Shown: positions 29,577 to 38,679 of the stretch, one piece after another
Numbering within the stretch: the stretch's first letter is position 1
Layout of the letters: the number at the start of each line of letters is the position of its first letter
From: a virus
Strand: one strand, 5' to 3'
IMG/VR virus record: IMGVR_UViG_3300036851_000172
Location: 9,334-73,333 of that record
Length of the DNA stretch: 64,000 bases
Translations under genes and position numbers: made by a program
Notes under the pieces: generated by a model
The model's database searches: none
Told to the model about the DNA's origin: nothing
Seen by the model: the letters and a program-made list of their open reading frames with translations, nothing else

Positions 29577-31712
29577 ATGAACGAGTTAGTCGGGCTCGGA
29601 CTGCTCTACCTCATAGGGGCATCCGGGCCGGTCGAAGGCAAGGACGGCGCTGCCGTCGAGGTCCCATATGACCAAGGACTACCGAGGCGCGGCGTTGGAA
29701 TTGCATATGGCAACTTGCTTGTTGAGCCGGGTTCTGGGGAGTTTCCGCCGTACCGAAAGCCAACTGACACGGCAGCGCAATACGGCGAGAAAGTCCCCGA
29801 TGAAACTGGGCCAGGCTTCGAACAAAATCTTAGAGCGCAATTCTATCGCCGCAAAGAACAAGGCTTCAAGTACATCGAGCTAGATAATCCGGATGCCTAT
29901 CCCCTTGAAGCCGTCATGCGGGCGACGGCTCTGGCGGAATCTTATGGCCTCGGTGTCATTGCCAAGAACGCCAAGCTTGTTGACGGCGGGGCACAATGGC
30001 TTCGTCATCCAAATGTTGTAGGCGTCATCGTCGAGAAGGGCGCGGGCTCGCCGGCTGACTATGCGGCGCTGCGGCCTTCTGCCGACTTTCCGGTGTGGTT
30101 TGTGTCGTTCGGCTCCGGGCGGGCGTGGGCGAGCATCACCGCCGCCGACATCACGGCGCGCGGCTACACCAATATGAGTGTCACTTGGTCGCCGGGCGGC
30201 GAGTACACGCGCTCGGTAGACGTTCTGCTTCCGCTGAAGAAATCCTCTCAAACCCAGAGTCCCGATATGGCGGAACCCGCCCATCTTGCGCTCGCACGAT
30301 CGCTGATCGGTAAATACACGGACGGCCCAGACGTTCCCAAATTGGCGATGGAGATTGCCGCCGCCTTCCCGGAGATGACGAGCTATTGTCGCCTGGCGAA
30401 TGTCGCTACTTCGTGGTGCGGCATTCTCATCGGCGTGCTTCTGCTGAGGTCCTATGGAATTCGCCCGCCGTTTGGTGACGGTGATCTGCTCCGCTTTATG
30501 TGGGTCGATGCATGGGAGGACGAGGACTGGGGTGGCCAGTCCATCCCTATCAGCCAAGCCCGGCCGGGTGACATCATCATCATGCGGTCGCCGCATCATA
30601 TTTCAGTGCTGGACGAGGTCGATGGCGACACGTTTTGGTGCATCGGCGGCAACCAGTCGAATGGCTTGACGCGCGCGCCGTTTCAACGCAGCGGCGTGCG
30701 CTCGGTGCGCCGTTCGCCGACAGTCATCGCACGGCCGATGCGGCCCGCTGTCTCGAACTTCGACAAGTGCCTTCCGCTGCTGCTCGAGCATGAGGGGGGC
30801 TACTCCAACCATCCGTCCGACCCAGGCGGTCCCACCAACTTCGGCATCACGATCATCGACTACCGGCTCTACATCGACCCTAATGGGACGGCGGCCGATG
30901 TCCGTGGGATGACGGTCGATCAGGCCAAAACGATCTATCGGTCGAAATACTGGGATGCAATGCGCTGCGACGATCTGCCGTCCGGGGTTGATTATGCCGT
31001 GTTCGACTACGGAGTGAACTCCGGCATCAGCCGTTCGGCGAAGGTGCTGCAGCGTCTCGTCATTCCGCATGAGGTCGATGGCGAGATCGGTCCAAACACG
31101 ATCGCAGCGACGTCCGGCGTGAGCGATCCTCGGACGCTGATCAATCAGATCTGTGACGAGCGGCTGGCCTTCCTCCAGGGACTCAGCACCTGGCCAACCT
31201 TCGGCAATGGCTGGGGGCGCCGTGTGCGCGAGGTCCGGGCCGCCGCACTGGAAATGGCTGCAACCCCAAAGGAACCCACGATGCCGAAAGCGCCAGAGAT
31301 ATTCCCGCCTGGAACGCCGCTACCTGGACAGCAGGTCGATTGGGCGCTGCTCATTCAGCAGCTCTTGCCGCCGCTGATAGCCGCTATCCAGCAGGCACGC
31401 GGGGGTCAGCCGCTTCTGCCGCCTCCCGTCGTCGAGCCGCCGCCTCCAGCGCCCGCACCACCCCCGCCGGCCTCTCAGCGCCCCAGCGTCCAACTCGGCG
31501 TGCTCGGACTTGTGGCTTCCGCAGTGCTGCAGGCGTTCGGTTTCATCGGCACCCCGTTGGGAATGGGAGTGGAGCCGACCACGTTAGGTACGGCCGCGAC
31601 AGTCATTCCTGCCGCCATTGCCGCTACCGGCCTGACGGGGGTCTGGGGCATCGTCGCCAATGTCGGCCTCTCACTTCTCGGCACCCTGCTTAAGAACCGT
31701 ATCCCGAAATGA
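29577..31712 (+). CDS. multi-domain endolysin: GH114-like + CHAP/NlpC-like + GH108 lysozyme + C-terminal TM
   Basis: GFKYIELDNPDAY...KN...IVEKG; SWCG...PGD...HH...GGNQSN; HEGGYSNHPSDPGGPTNFGIT...FDYGVNSG...FGNGW..RV; hydrophobic tail. Confidence 0.85.
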   Translation: MNELVGLGLLYLIGASGPVEGKDGAAVEVPYDQGLPRRGVGIAYGNLLVEPGSGEFPPYRKPTDTAAQYGEKVPDETGPGFEQNLRAQFYRRKEQGFKYIELDNPDAYPLEAVMRATALAESYGLGVIAKNAKLVDGGAQWLRHPNVVGVIVEKGAGSPADYAALRPSADFPVWFVSFGSGRAWASITAADITARGYTNMSVTWSPGGEYTRSVDVLLPLKKSSQTQSPDMAEPAHLALARSLIGKYTDGPDVPKLAMEIAAAFPEMTSYCRLANVATSWCGILIGVLLLRSYGIRPPFGDGDLLRFMWVDAWEDEDWGGQSIPISQARPGDIIIMRSPHHISVLDEVDGDTFWCIGGNQSNGLTRAPFQRSGVRSVRRSPTVIARPMRPAVSNFDKCLPLLLEHEGGYSNHPSDPGGPTNFGITIIDYRLYIDPNGTAADVRGMTVDQAKTIYRSKYWDAMRCDDLPSGVDYAVFDYGVNSGISRSAKVLQRLVIPHEVDGEIGPNTIAATSGVSDPRTLINQICDERLAFLQGLSTWPTFGNGWGRRVREVRAAALEMAATPKEPTMPKAPEIFPPGTPLPGQQVDWALLIQQLLPPLIAAIQQARGGQPLLPPPVVEPPPPAPAPPPPASQRPSVQLGVLGLVASAVLQAFGFIGTPLGMGVEPTTLGTAATVIPAAIAATGLTGVWGIVANVGLSLLGTLLKNRIPK

Positions 31713-32179
31713 AGTCCGCCCCGCTCGTCCTTGCCGGCATCCTGCTGGCTACCCATGCCATGGCGGCGCCGGCCGACCCATTGAGCGCGATTTACCAATG
31801 GCTGTACCCGCCCAAGTCTTCGACAAGTGCTCAGATTCAGAAAAGCCCGCCGGTGGCTCCTAAGCCGCTTCCGGCGCCTGAGAGACGGGCCAAGCCGGAA
31901 ACCCAGCCAGCGCCCGCCCCTGAGTCACGGCCAGCCCCTCCGAAAGTACAGTCTCGCTCGATCGAGCGGCCCAAGCCCAAGCCGAAACAGGTGCAGGAGG
32001 CGCCCAAACCGGAACCCCTGTCCTGTGCCGATGTTCGGCGTGGGGTTGGCATGCCGTGCTTTCTCATCCGAGCCAACTCGCACCACTACGAACGACTGTC
32101 ACCGGCACAAAAGCGGCAGGCCGATAGCTGCCTGTCAGCCTCAGAACGCGCTGCCATCAAAGCTTGTTTTACCCCCTAA
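31709..32179 (+). CDS. secreted Pro-rich protein with Cys-containing C-terminus
   Basis: Signal peptide ending in AMA; Pro-rich linker; four Cys. Confidence 0.55.
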   Translation: MKSAPLVLAGILLATHAMAAPADPLSAIYQWLYPPKSSTSAQIQKSPPVAPKPLPAPERRAKPETQPAPAPESRPAPPKVQSRSIERPKPKPKQVQEAPKPEPLSCADVRRGVGMPCFLIRANSHHYERLSPAQKRQADSCLSASERAAIKACFTP

Positions 32180-32194
32180 CCAAAGGAAATACCC

Positions 32195-32536
32195 ATGCCC
32201 TTCCTCGGTATCGCCGTGATCATCGGCGTCATCACTGCCCTAGTCGCGTTGCGCCGTAAGCATCAGCCCAGCCCGCCCGTAGGCCCGATGACCGATGAGG
32301 AGGTGCGGGCCATGCTCGCTGAATTGGCCCCGGACGTCCCGGACGCGACCGACTACGGCAACTCAATTGTTGATCTTCTGAAGGTGCTCCGGTTGCCGTC
32401 CGACAAAAGCAGCCGGCGCGTGCTTTGGGAGGAGATGAAGCATGAGGGCGCCTACGTCGGCAGCGCTGAGCAGAACGTGCAGCTTCATGCCGACGTGATG
32501 AAAAAGCTCGCCGACCGTGAAATCGGTGCGAAATGA
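32195..32536 (+). CDS. DUF3597-domain membrane protein
   Basis: N-terminal TM; SIVDLLK.L...S....R...GSA..N..LH..VM.KLA. Confidence 0.65.
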   Translation: MPFLGIAVIIGVITALVALRRKHQPSPPVGPMTDEEVRAMLAELAPDVPDATDYGNSIVDLLKVLRLPSDKSSRRVLWEEMKHEGAYVGSAEQNVQLHADVMKKLADREIGAK

Positions 32537-32540
32537 GGAA

Positions 32541-32981
32541 ATGAAGATGAATTCCGAGCAAGTGAAGTCCGCGCTGCGTACCCTCGTTGCTACCTTCGGG
32601 GGCTCGATCGCGGGTTTTTTCGTGGCCAAGGGCTGGTTCACAACTGATCAGGTCATGTCGATCCTGACCAGCGAGGCTTTTCTCGGCGTCGCAACGTCGG
32701 CTGTCGTCGGCGCCTGGGGTATCTGGGCCAAGACTCGCAATAACCTGCTGGTCACGGCAGCCACCGTCACGGACGACAAGGGCGACAAGATCGTCAAGGA
32801 AATGAAGCTGTCCGATCCCCAAGTGGCGGCCGAGGTGAATCCGCAGGTCTCGGCACGGGTCGTGGCGGTGAAAGAGTCGCGGGAAAAGTCGGGTGCAAAG
32901 CCTACCTTGCCCCCCGAAATGCTGCCTCCCATCACGCCATCTGAGCCGCCCATCGGCAGCCCGCCGATCAAGGACTTCTAA
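32541..32981 (+). CDS. putative holin
   Basis: MN.EQV...LR......GG...AKGW; two TM segments; in the lysis cassette. Confidence 0.6.
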   Translation: MKMNSEQVKSALRTLVATFGGSIAGFFVAKGWFTTDQVMSILTSEAFLGVATSAVVGAWGIWAKTRNNLLVTAATVTDDKGDKIVKEMKLSDPQVAAEVNPQVSARVVAVKESREKSGAKPTLPPEMLPPITPSEPPIGSPPIKDF

Positions 32982-33199
32982 TGCCGACCTACGGCGAGAT
33001 TGCCCAGATCCTCACGGCGGTAGCGGCTATCGGCGCGCTTCTCAATTCGCTTCGCAATGGCCGCAAGCTTTCTGCTGTTGTCGAGAAGGTTGATGAGGTG
33101 CACTTGGCCACGAACTCGATCACAGATCGTCTTGTTGAGACGACAAAGACAGAGGCCCATGCCGCTGGCCTGAAGGAAGGCCGCGGCGAGCAGCGCTAG
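32981..33199 (+). CDS. small membrane protein
   Basis: N-terminal TM, VH..TNS..D.L. Confidence 0.5.
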   Translation: MPTYGEIAQILTAVAAIGALLNSLRNGRKLSAVVEKVDEVHLATNSITDRLVETTKTEAHAAGLKEGRGEQR

Positions 33200-33208
33200 G
33201 AGGCCGTC

Positions 33209-33421
33209 ATGGTCGAAAACATCATCTACTTGCTGATCTACATAGCCTTGGTCGTCGGGCTGATATACCTTGTGATTTGGGTACTGGAACAACTCGGCAT
33301 TGCGCTGCCGCCGATGGTGGTGAAGGTCATGTGGGTCATTGTCGTGTTGATTGTCCTCCTGCTTTGCTGGAGGGCCCTGTCCCCCTTCATTGGCGGCGGT
33401 GGAAAAATGTTTCCCAGATAA
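33209..33421 (+). CDS. two-TM membrane protein
   Basis: GGAGG RBS; two hydrophobic helices separated by LPP. Confidence 0.6.
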   Translation: MVENIIYLLIYIALVVGLIYLVIWVLEQLGIALPPMVVKVMWVIVVLIVLLLCWRALSPFIGGGGKMFPR

Positions 33422-33552
33422 CACAGCGGGACGCACGTTCGCTAGCGACGATCGTGCGCCCCTACCACCACAAGACAGGGGTACTGTCCTATGTTGGCTA
33501 CAAACAATACCGCAACTTTTGGTCTCATTCATCCCGCCTTCGGCTACCGCCG

Positions 33553-33771
33553 ATGACGCCCCTCACCAACAACGAACGGATCGTCGTGCTTGAGCACAAG
33601 ATCAAGCACATGGGTGAAGAGCTCGACCGGATGGTGAGGAAGGTCGATGAGATGCATGCAGTCCTGATGCAGGCCAAGGGCGTGAAATGGGCCGTGATCA
33701 CGTTCTCGGGTCTGGTCGGTTTCCTGATCGGCGTCGGCGCCTTCCTGATTAACCTGAAGGGCCTGCGATGA
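33553..33771 (+). CDS. coiled-coil protein with C-terminal TM (lysis region)
   Basis: ERIVVLE...TM. Confidence 0.55.
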   Translation: MTPLTNNERIVVLEHKIKHMGEELDRMVRKVDEMHAVLMQAKGVKWAVITFSGLVGFLIGVGAFLINLKGLR

Positions 33772-33780
33772 GGAAACAGA

Positions 33781-34263
33781 ATGGCGAAGCTTCGCGAGCT
33801 CCTGGGGCAATATGCGGTTGCGGCCCTGTGGACGGCAGGCCTGACAGTCCTGGGGATCATTGGCTCCCTCCTGCTCAACTACGACCGCCGGGAGCCGTTC
33901 CTGTATGCCAAAGTGACGCTGTCCCCCATCCCGGCGAAAGCGGGTCAGGCTATCCTCGTCCGGCGCGAGATCGTGTGGCTGCGGCATTGCGAGAGGGAGG
34001 GGGAGGTCTGGCGGGAGATCGTCCGGCCCAACGGGACGATCAGCCAATACGACCGCCGGTACACTCGGGTGCCGTCCGATCTTGGCTTGCAGATCGTGGA
34101 AAACCCCTTCTGGCTCGATGCTGCGGTTCTCGACAATGCGGAGAACGAGGGCACCGCGTTGTTTCGCTTGTCGGTCATCTTTCATCACTGTGGGATCACA
34201 TCCGGCTTTCGCCCTATCCATGGGCCAAGGTTGGAAATCCCCTTTCGGGTTGTGCGGCCGTGA
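33781..34263 (+). CDS. membrane-anchored periplasmic protein
   Basis: GAGG RBS; N-terminal TM; two Cys. Confidence 0.5.
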   Translation: MAKLRELLGQYAVAALWTAGLTVLGIIGSLLLNYDRREPFLYAKVTLSPIPAKAGQAILVRREIVWLRHCEREGEVWREIVRPNGTISQYDRRYTRVPSDLGLQIVENPFWLDAAVLDNAENEGTALFRLSVIFHHCGITSGFRPIHGPRLEIPFRVVRP

Positions 34264-34565
34264 TCCTGTTGGCGCTGATGCCGGCGCTCGCTGATGGGCC
34301 GCCAGGCAGGCACACGCATCCGCCCGGCGAGGAGTGGATTATGAGGGGCGGCCATCGTAATCCTGCCGGTGAATGGTGCTGCGGCGAGGGCGACTGCTTC
34401 ATGGTCGAGCCTGTCAGGGTGACGGCGAATGGTTATCTGATCATGGCGACTGGCGAGCTCGTCCCGGAAGCCGAGACACAACCGTCACCGGACGGGCGCT
34501 ACTGGCGCTGCAAGCGGCCGGACGGCTCACGTCGCTGCTTTTTTGCGCCCCCGCCCTCCATGTAA
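34260..34565 (+). CDS. secreted Cys-rich small protein
   Basis: Signal peptide; WCCGEGDC...SPDGRYWRC...RCFFAP. Confidence 0.6.
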   Translation: MILLALMPALADGPPGRHTHPPGEEWIMRGGHRNPAGEWCCGEGDCFMVEPVRVTANGYLIMATGELVPEAETQPSPDGRYWRCKRPDGSRRCFFAPPPSM

Positions 34566-34569
34566 GGAG

Positions 34570-34842
34570 TCACGCCCACGCCCCCGGACACCCCGCCGCC
34601 GCAGCCGCGGCCCATGCCTCGACCCGCCGTAGTGTCCAGCCGGTGACCGAGCGGTAGCGGCCATTAGAGGGGACGTACTGCTTGGCGGTCTTGTCGTAGC
34701 GCATGACGTCCGGGTGCAGTCGGATGAACTCATTGAGATCGACGCTGGCCTGAGCCTCCGACACGTCGAACGTCTCTGCGATGTGCGCGCGGCGAATGGC
34801 GCCCGCGGTGAGCAGGCGCCAATCTATGTAGATGAGCCTCAT
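34570..34842 (-). CDS. stand-alone BrxR/CapW-type winged-helix domain (no WYL domain)
   Basis: RL.YID.RL...G.I.R..I.E.F.VS..QAS.DL..F....P..M.YDK.AK.YV. Confidence 0.7.
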   Translation of the reverse strand: MRLIYIDWRLLTAGAIRRAHIAETFDVSEAQASVDLNEFIRLHPDVMRYDKTAKQYVPSNGRYRSVTGWTLRRVEAWAAAAAAGCPGAWA

Positions 34843-34856
34843 TGTCTGGCAGTGGT

Positions 34857-35513
34857 TCACAGCACCCTCCGTAATGGAGAGTCAAATTGCTGTCCTTTCA
34901 AATAGCGCTTCCAAAGCGTCTGATATTTTATTCCGAGGCGATCGGCTAATTCGGCTAGGGCAATCTTCTCGCCCTGCCATTCTATCATGACCGTACTACG
35001 CTTGTTGCGGTGTTGCTCTTTGTTGGTTGCCCAATGGCAATTCCCGGGTTCATAGTTTCCGTCATTGTCGATGCGGTTGATCGAAGTGCCGTTAGGGCGC
35101 GGCCCCATGTCGGCGTAGAAGTTCTCGAATTTGTTCCAGCGTTCGCACACTGTGATCCCGCGACCGCCGTAGTCAGCATAATTTTCACAATTCAGATTCA
35201 GGCACCTATTTTTCATGCCGACCCAAATGCGATATTCCGGGCTGCGCCGCATTCCATGCGTCGTTCGTAAACTTCCGATCGCAGGCGCCATGTCCCGTCG
35301 AAGACATCCGCATGACCTGCTGAGGCCGTTGCGCAAATGCCCCCCGGCCACAGAGCGCTCAGTACCGCATGTGCACTTGCAGTGCCATTTGGGCCTCCCG
35401 GCGATTGATGTGTCGTCAAATCTCATGACAGTCCACCGACCAAACTGTCGGCCAGTGAGGTCGGTGAACCGCGGGTCGGCGAATGCGAGCCGCTGGCGCT
35501 GGCTGTAGGTCAC
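34857..35513 (-). CDS. HNH-type homing endonuclease
   Basis: DLTG..FGRWTV...C.C.CG...SCGC...W.GMK.RC...YGGRGI.VC.RW...RIDNDGNYEPGNC.WAT. Confidence 0.85.
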   Translation of the reverse strand: MTYSQRQRLAFADPRFTDLTGRQFGRWTVMRFDDTSIAGRPKWHCKCTCGTERSVAGGHLRNGLSRSCGCLRRDMAPAIGSLRTTHGMRRSPEYRIWVGMKNRCLNLNCENYADYGGRGITVCERWNKFENFYADMGPRPNGTSINRIDNDGNYEPGNCHWATNKEQHRNKRSTVMIEWQGEKIALAELADRLGIKYQTLWKRYLKGQQFDSPLRRVL

Positions 35514-35662
35514 AACTGCGCCTGCCAAGTCTCAGCATCCCTCACCGACTCGAAGGCCATATAGCCGCCCTCGCATTCGATGATTTCCGCCGCCCACGGC
35601 GCAACGTCCTGCGCCTCGGCGCGCGTGGGCGCCTCTTCGCATGGGATGAATGTCTGTCTCAT
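35510..35662 (-). CDS. small acidic protein (50 aa, not in ORF track)
   Basis: MRQTFIPCEEAPTRAEAQDVAPWAAEIIECEGGYMAFESVRDAETWQAQL; GGAG RBS. Confidence 0.65.
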   Translation of the reverse strand: MRQTFIPCEEAPTRAEAQDVAPWAAEIIECEGGYMAFESVRDAETWQAQL

Positions 35663-35730
35663 CGTGATCTCCGGTCTGTTGCGCGCCCCGCCGGGATGGC
35701 GAGCCGCTGGGATTGCGCGTAGGTCATCGC

Positions 35731-35910
35731 TCAGCGCTTGTCGATCGATACGAGATAGAGTTGCTCACGATCGCACTCGATTGCAGAATTGCGATTGACG
35801 TAAGTTTGCCCTTCCCACTCGGCGGCGAACGCCTCGGCCGCGCGCCGAGATCGGAACTTGCTGCAAGCTACCGGGTCGCTCTGTGCGCCAAAAACGGTCA
35901 CGATATACAT
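35731..35910 (-). CDS. small hypothetical protein
   Basis: GGAG RBS before MYIVTVFG...F.SR..AEAFA. Confidence 0.55.
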   Translation of the reverse strand: MYIVTVFGAQSDPVACSKFRSRRAAEAFAAEWEGQTYVNRNSAIECDREQLYLVSIDKR

Positions 35911-35971
35911 TTCCGTCACTCCGCCCCTGGACCCCGAGGCGCGGGAGAGGATCAACTGATCCAATGTGGTC

Positions 35972-36000
35972 ATACTAATCCGATGGTCAGGAAAAGTCAA
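35972..36000 (-). promoter_or_regulatory. sigma70-like promoter
   Basis: Minus strand TTGACT-17 nt-TAGTAT. Confidence 0.65.
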
Positions 36001-36047
36001 CCGTTATTTTACGGCCAATTAGGCAAATGCAAGCTTGGAGGTATTGA

Positions 36048-36227
36048 CTAGACAAACGTGCCTCGCTTGCGTGCGAGATCAAGCACATCAGTCTTGGCGA
36101 TCAGCGCGCGCACTCCATCATCGGCCACCTTCTCGGCCGGCATCTTTTTGACGATCTCGATCAGCTCGTCCAGCGCCGCATTCCATCCGGCATTGAATGG
36201 GTCGCCATCATCCTCGGTTCGCCGCAT
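36048..36227 (-). CDS. hypothetical protein (59 aa)
   Basis: MRRTEDDGDPFNAGWNAALDELIEIV; GWNAAL motif seen in small phage proteins. Confidence 0.45.
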   Translation of the reverse strand: MRRTEDDGDPFNAGWNAALDELIEIVKKMPAEKVADDGVRALIAKTDVLDLARKRGTFV

Positions 36228-36399
36228 TGCTCATCTCTTGAGTACGATTGTTGAGGTATCAGGCCACATCGACCCATGTGCGCCTGCGAAATATATCCCG
36301 TACTGTCGCATCGGTGATTCCGAACATTTTCGCGATCTCGGCTTGCGTTTTTGTGCCTCGCAGCGTGCATCTATAGCCCTTCATCTATGAACTATAGCT

Positions 36400-36720
36400 C
36401 TAGGTGCGGGGAATTTCCCCAAGTCGGGTGCCGTTTGGGGCAAACGGTCCATCCTTGCTTGTAGCTAGGAATGAACGATAGCCGGCACCGATGGCTATGG
36501 CATGCGCTATCAGCCACGCCGCTTGATACGCAAACTCTTTTGGAAATGAGACCGAAAATCGGTGGTCTAGGACCAATGCGATTTTGTCTCCTTCATCATG
36601 CCCAGTCAGTTTTGGGATCACTTTCCCCTCAATTATTACCCTGTATTCCTGGAACGGTCCGACCAGGAAATCTGACGATCCCTCTTCTGAGGAGAGAAAG
36701 TTTATAATGTTGTCATTCAT
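36400..36720 (-). CDS. hypothetical protein, low GC
   Basis: GGAG RBS; 106 aa. Confidence 0.55.
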   Translation of the reverse strand: MNDNIINFLSSEEGSSDFLVGPFQEYRVIIEGKVIPKLTGHDEGDKIALVLDHRFSVSFPKEFAYQAAWLIAHAIAIGAGYRSFLATSKDGPFAPNGTRLGEIPRT

Positions 36721-36908
36721 GATTTCTCCAGTTCTTCTTTCGGTCCCATGCTAAATCAAGTTCGCGCTCTTTGCTCTCAATCGCCTCAGCCGCCTCGTCT
36801 AGGAGATCGGCGGTTGCTTGATGTGTCGATTTCCAAGACCCACGCAGATATTTGGCTGCATCGCGCAAACGCCGCGGTAGTTCCTTAATGGACATAAGTA
36901 TTGCCCTA

Positions 36909-37139
36909 TCATGAGCGAGAGAGGATCCGTTCCGCTTCGTCACAGGCCGCGCATAGATACTCGTCTCGTCCAGCCGTCCCGCCGGTTGTTCTGGCGGCGA
37001 ATATAAGCTGTTGCAGGGCTGTTCGCAGGTCCTCATCCATCAGCAGGCCGGCTGAAATGCCGAATGCGACCAAGGATGCATCGGTCTTGTTGGCTTTGGC
37101 AGCATTGCGCCAGAATTCGATGTGTTCTTCGGGCGTCAT
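36909..37139 (-). CDS. hypothetical protein
   Basis: GGAGG RBS; coupled leftward run. Confidence 0.5.
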   Translation of the reverse strand: MTPEEHIEFWRNAAKANKTDASLVAFGISAGLLMDEDLRTALQQLIFAARTTGGTAGRDEYLCAACDEAERILSRS

Positions 37140-37336
37140 TTTACCTCCGGTTCCGCAGATTGCCCATATGCGGTCACTGCGATCACGCGCTCGGCTGCGT
37201 GTCGGAGCGTGCCATGCAGGCCGGTGTAACGAGGCCGCACCTTGATCTGATCGAACGACACGGCGCTGTAGTCGGATGTCAGGTGCGCCACGTTTTCCCA
37301 GATCGTTCGGGCCACTAGATCGATTTCGTCACCCAT
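37136..37336 (-). CDS. hypothetical protein
   Basis: GGAGG RBS; ATGA overlap. Confidence 0.5.
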   Translation of the reverse strand: MGDEIDLVARTIWENVAHLTSDYSAVSFDQIKVRPRYTGLHGTLRHAAERVIAVTAYGQSAEPEVK

Positions 37337-37338
37337 CG

Positions 37339-37872
37339 TTACCTCCGCCCGCTCGCAGACTGCTCAACTGCAGTTGCGTGATCGATGCTGGCCTTTGTGT
37401 CCACGAGCCAGCCGGGCAAGCCATTCAATTCGATGTCGAGACCATGGTGGTTTGTTGCGCAGCCGATGGCGTTCTGCTGTAGCAGGCTTGCGGTGCGCAG
37501 TATGTCCTTGAGCGCCGCGCGCAGTGTATTTGCCTCCTTCGCCCGCTCGTCCGCGATGGCGAGCGCGCGGCGCTTGGCGGCTTGGAGCCGCTCGTTCTCC
37601 TCGATCATCCGCTTGCCAATCGCTTCCAATTCAGCGTGAGATGCCCGCAGCCGCTTGATCTCGGCGTCTCGTTGCTCAAGCGACCAGATCAAGCCATTGA
37701 TGGCGGTGATCGCGTCACTCGTATCCACGGTGCTGTCGTCGGCCAGTTCGGCGTTGTCCATGTCGCCGATGAAGCCCTCGAGCGTCACGAGGCATTGGCT
37801 CGCACCGACATCGTTGGCCTGGTACGTCTTGATCGTGTCGGCCATTCGTACCTCCGCTGACTGCCTTGTCAT
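37339..37872 (-). CDS. coiled-coil phage protein
   Basis: EIKRLR...ENERL coiled coil. Confidence 0.5.
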   Translation of the reverse strand: MTRQSAEVRMADTIKTYQANDVGASQCLVTLEGFIGDMDNAELADDSTVDTSDAITAINGLIWSLEQRDAEIKRLRASHAELEAIGKRMIEENERLQAAKRRALAIADERAKEANTLRAALKDILRTASLLQQNAIGCATNHHGLDIELNGLPGWLVDTKASIDHATAVEQSASGRR

Positions 37873-38160
37873 CGACTGTAATCCTCAGTAGCCGCGCGCC
37901 GGATTGTCGCAATAGCCGTCGCGGTCGTAGTGGGTGTGGTATCGCCACCAGCCCTGACGGCCCGGGTTCTTGACTTCCATCAGCCTGCCCTCGAACGTCT
38001 CAAACCTGCCTTCATCGCGGGGCGTCCCAACCTGCCGGCGGTGGTCTATGCCATGGTCAGAGGTCGCTGACGCGCGACTTGAAGGCCGGGAGTCCTGCCG
38101 GGTTCCTTTACCGTCGATTCGGTCTGCCACGATGAAGCTCCTACAGTTGTGATGTCTGCG

Positions 38161-38364
38161 CTACTTGCGCGCTGCCTCGATGTCCTCGACCGTGATCTTG
38201 CCGGCGAGCAGCAGTCGCAGCAGGATCGCCACGCACTCGGGCACTTGCCGCTCACCAAGAGCCCACCGCCGGCCGGTCCTAGGATCGGCGCCGACGAGCT
38301 GGGCCGCCCCGGCCTGAGAGAGGCTGAGGCGGCTGAGGGCGGCGCGGAATTGGTTGGCGGTCAC
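38161..38364 (-). CDS. small XRE-type HTH protein (Aca-like position)
   Basis: MT..QFRAAL..L.LSQ..AA.L.G...RT.RRW..GER.VP. Confidence 0.8.
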   Translation of the reverse strand: MTANQFRAALSRLSLSQAGAAQLVGADPRTGRRWALGERQVPECVAILLRLLLAGKITVEDIEAARK

Positions 38365-38577
38365 TTAGATGTCCCCAGCTTTCAGCGCGCGGGCGACGCG
38401 CGCGAGGCCGTCATCATCAAGCCAGTGGCCGGATTGGGGATCGGCGATCCAGATGCCGCCCTCATCATTCACATCGACCTCTCGACAGTTGTAGAGCGTC
38501 TTAACGCCATCGATCAGTGCCCCTCGATCGTTTTCGATCGCCGCTTTGATCCACTCTTGGTTGGTCATCGTCGTCAT
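38365..38577 (-). CDS. small acidic protein
   Basis: GGAG RBS; 70 aa, Asp-rich; abuts the HTH gene. Confidence 0.6.
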   Translation of the reverse strand: MTTMTNQEWIKAAIENDRGALIDGVKTLYNCREVDVNDEGGIWIADPQSGHWLDDDGLARVARALKAGDI

Positions 38578-38617
38578 CTGTTTCTCCATCGCCGGGCAGG
38601 ATTGCCCTTGCATTTCC

Positions 38618-38657
38618 CTTATAGGGCATCTGGCCCTACGTGTCAAGTGGCCCTATA
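38618..38657 (-). promoter_or_regulatory. near-consensus sigma70 promoter with inverted-repeat operator
   Basis: Minus strand TTGACA-17 nt-TATAAG; TAGGGC-N5-GCCCTA in the spacer plus another GCCCTA half-site upstream. Confidence 0.8.
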
Positions 38658-38679
38658 GCAGTCTACTGAAATGTCGAAC

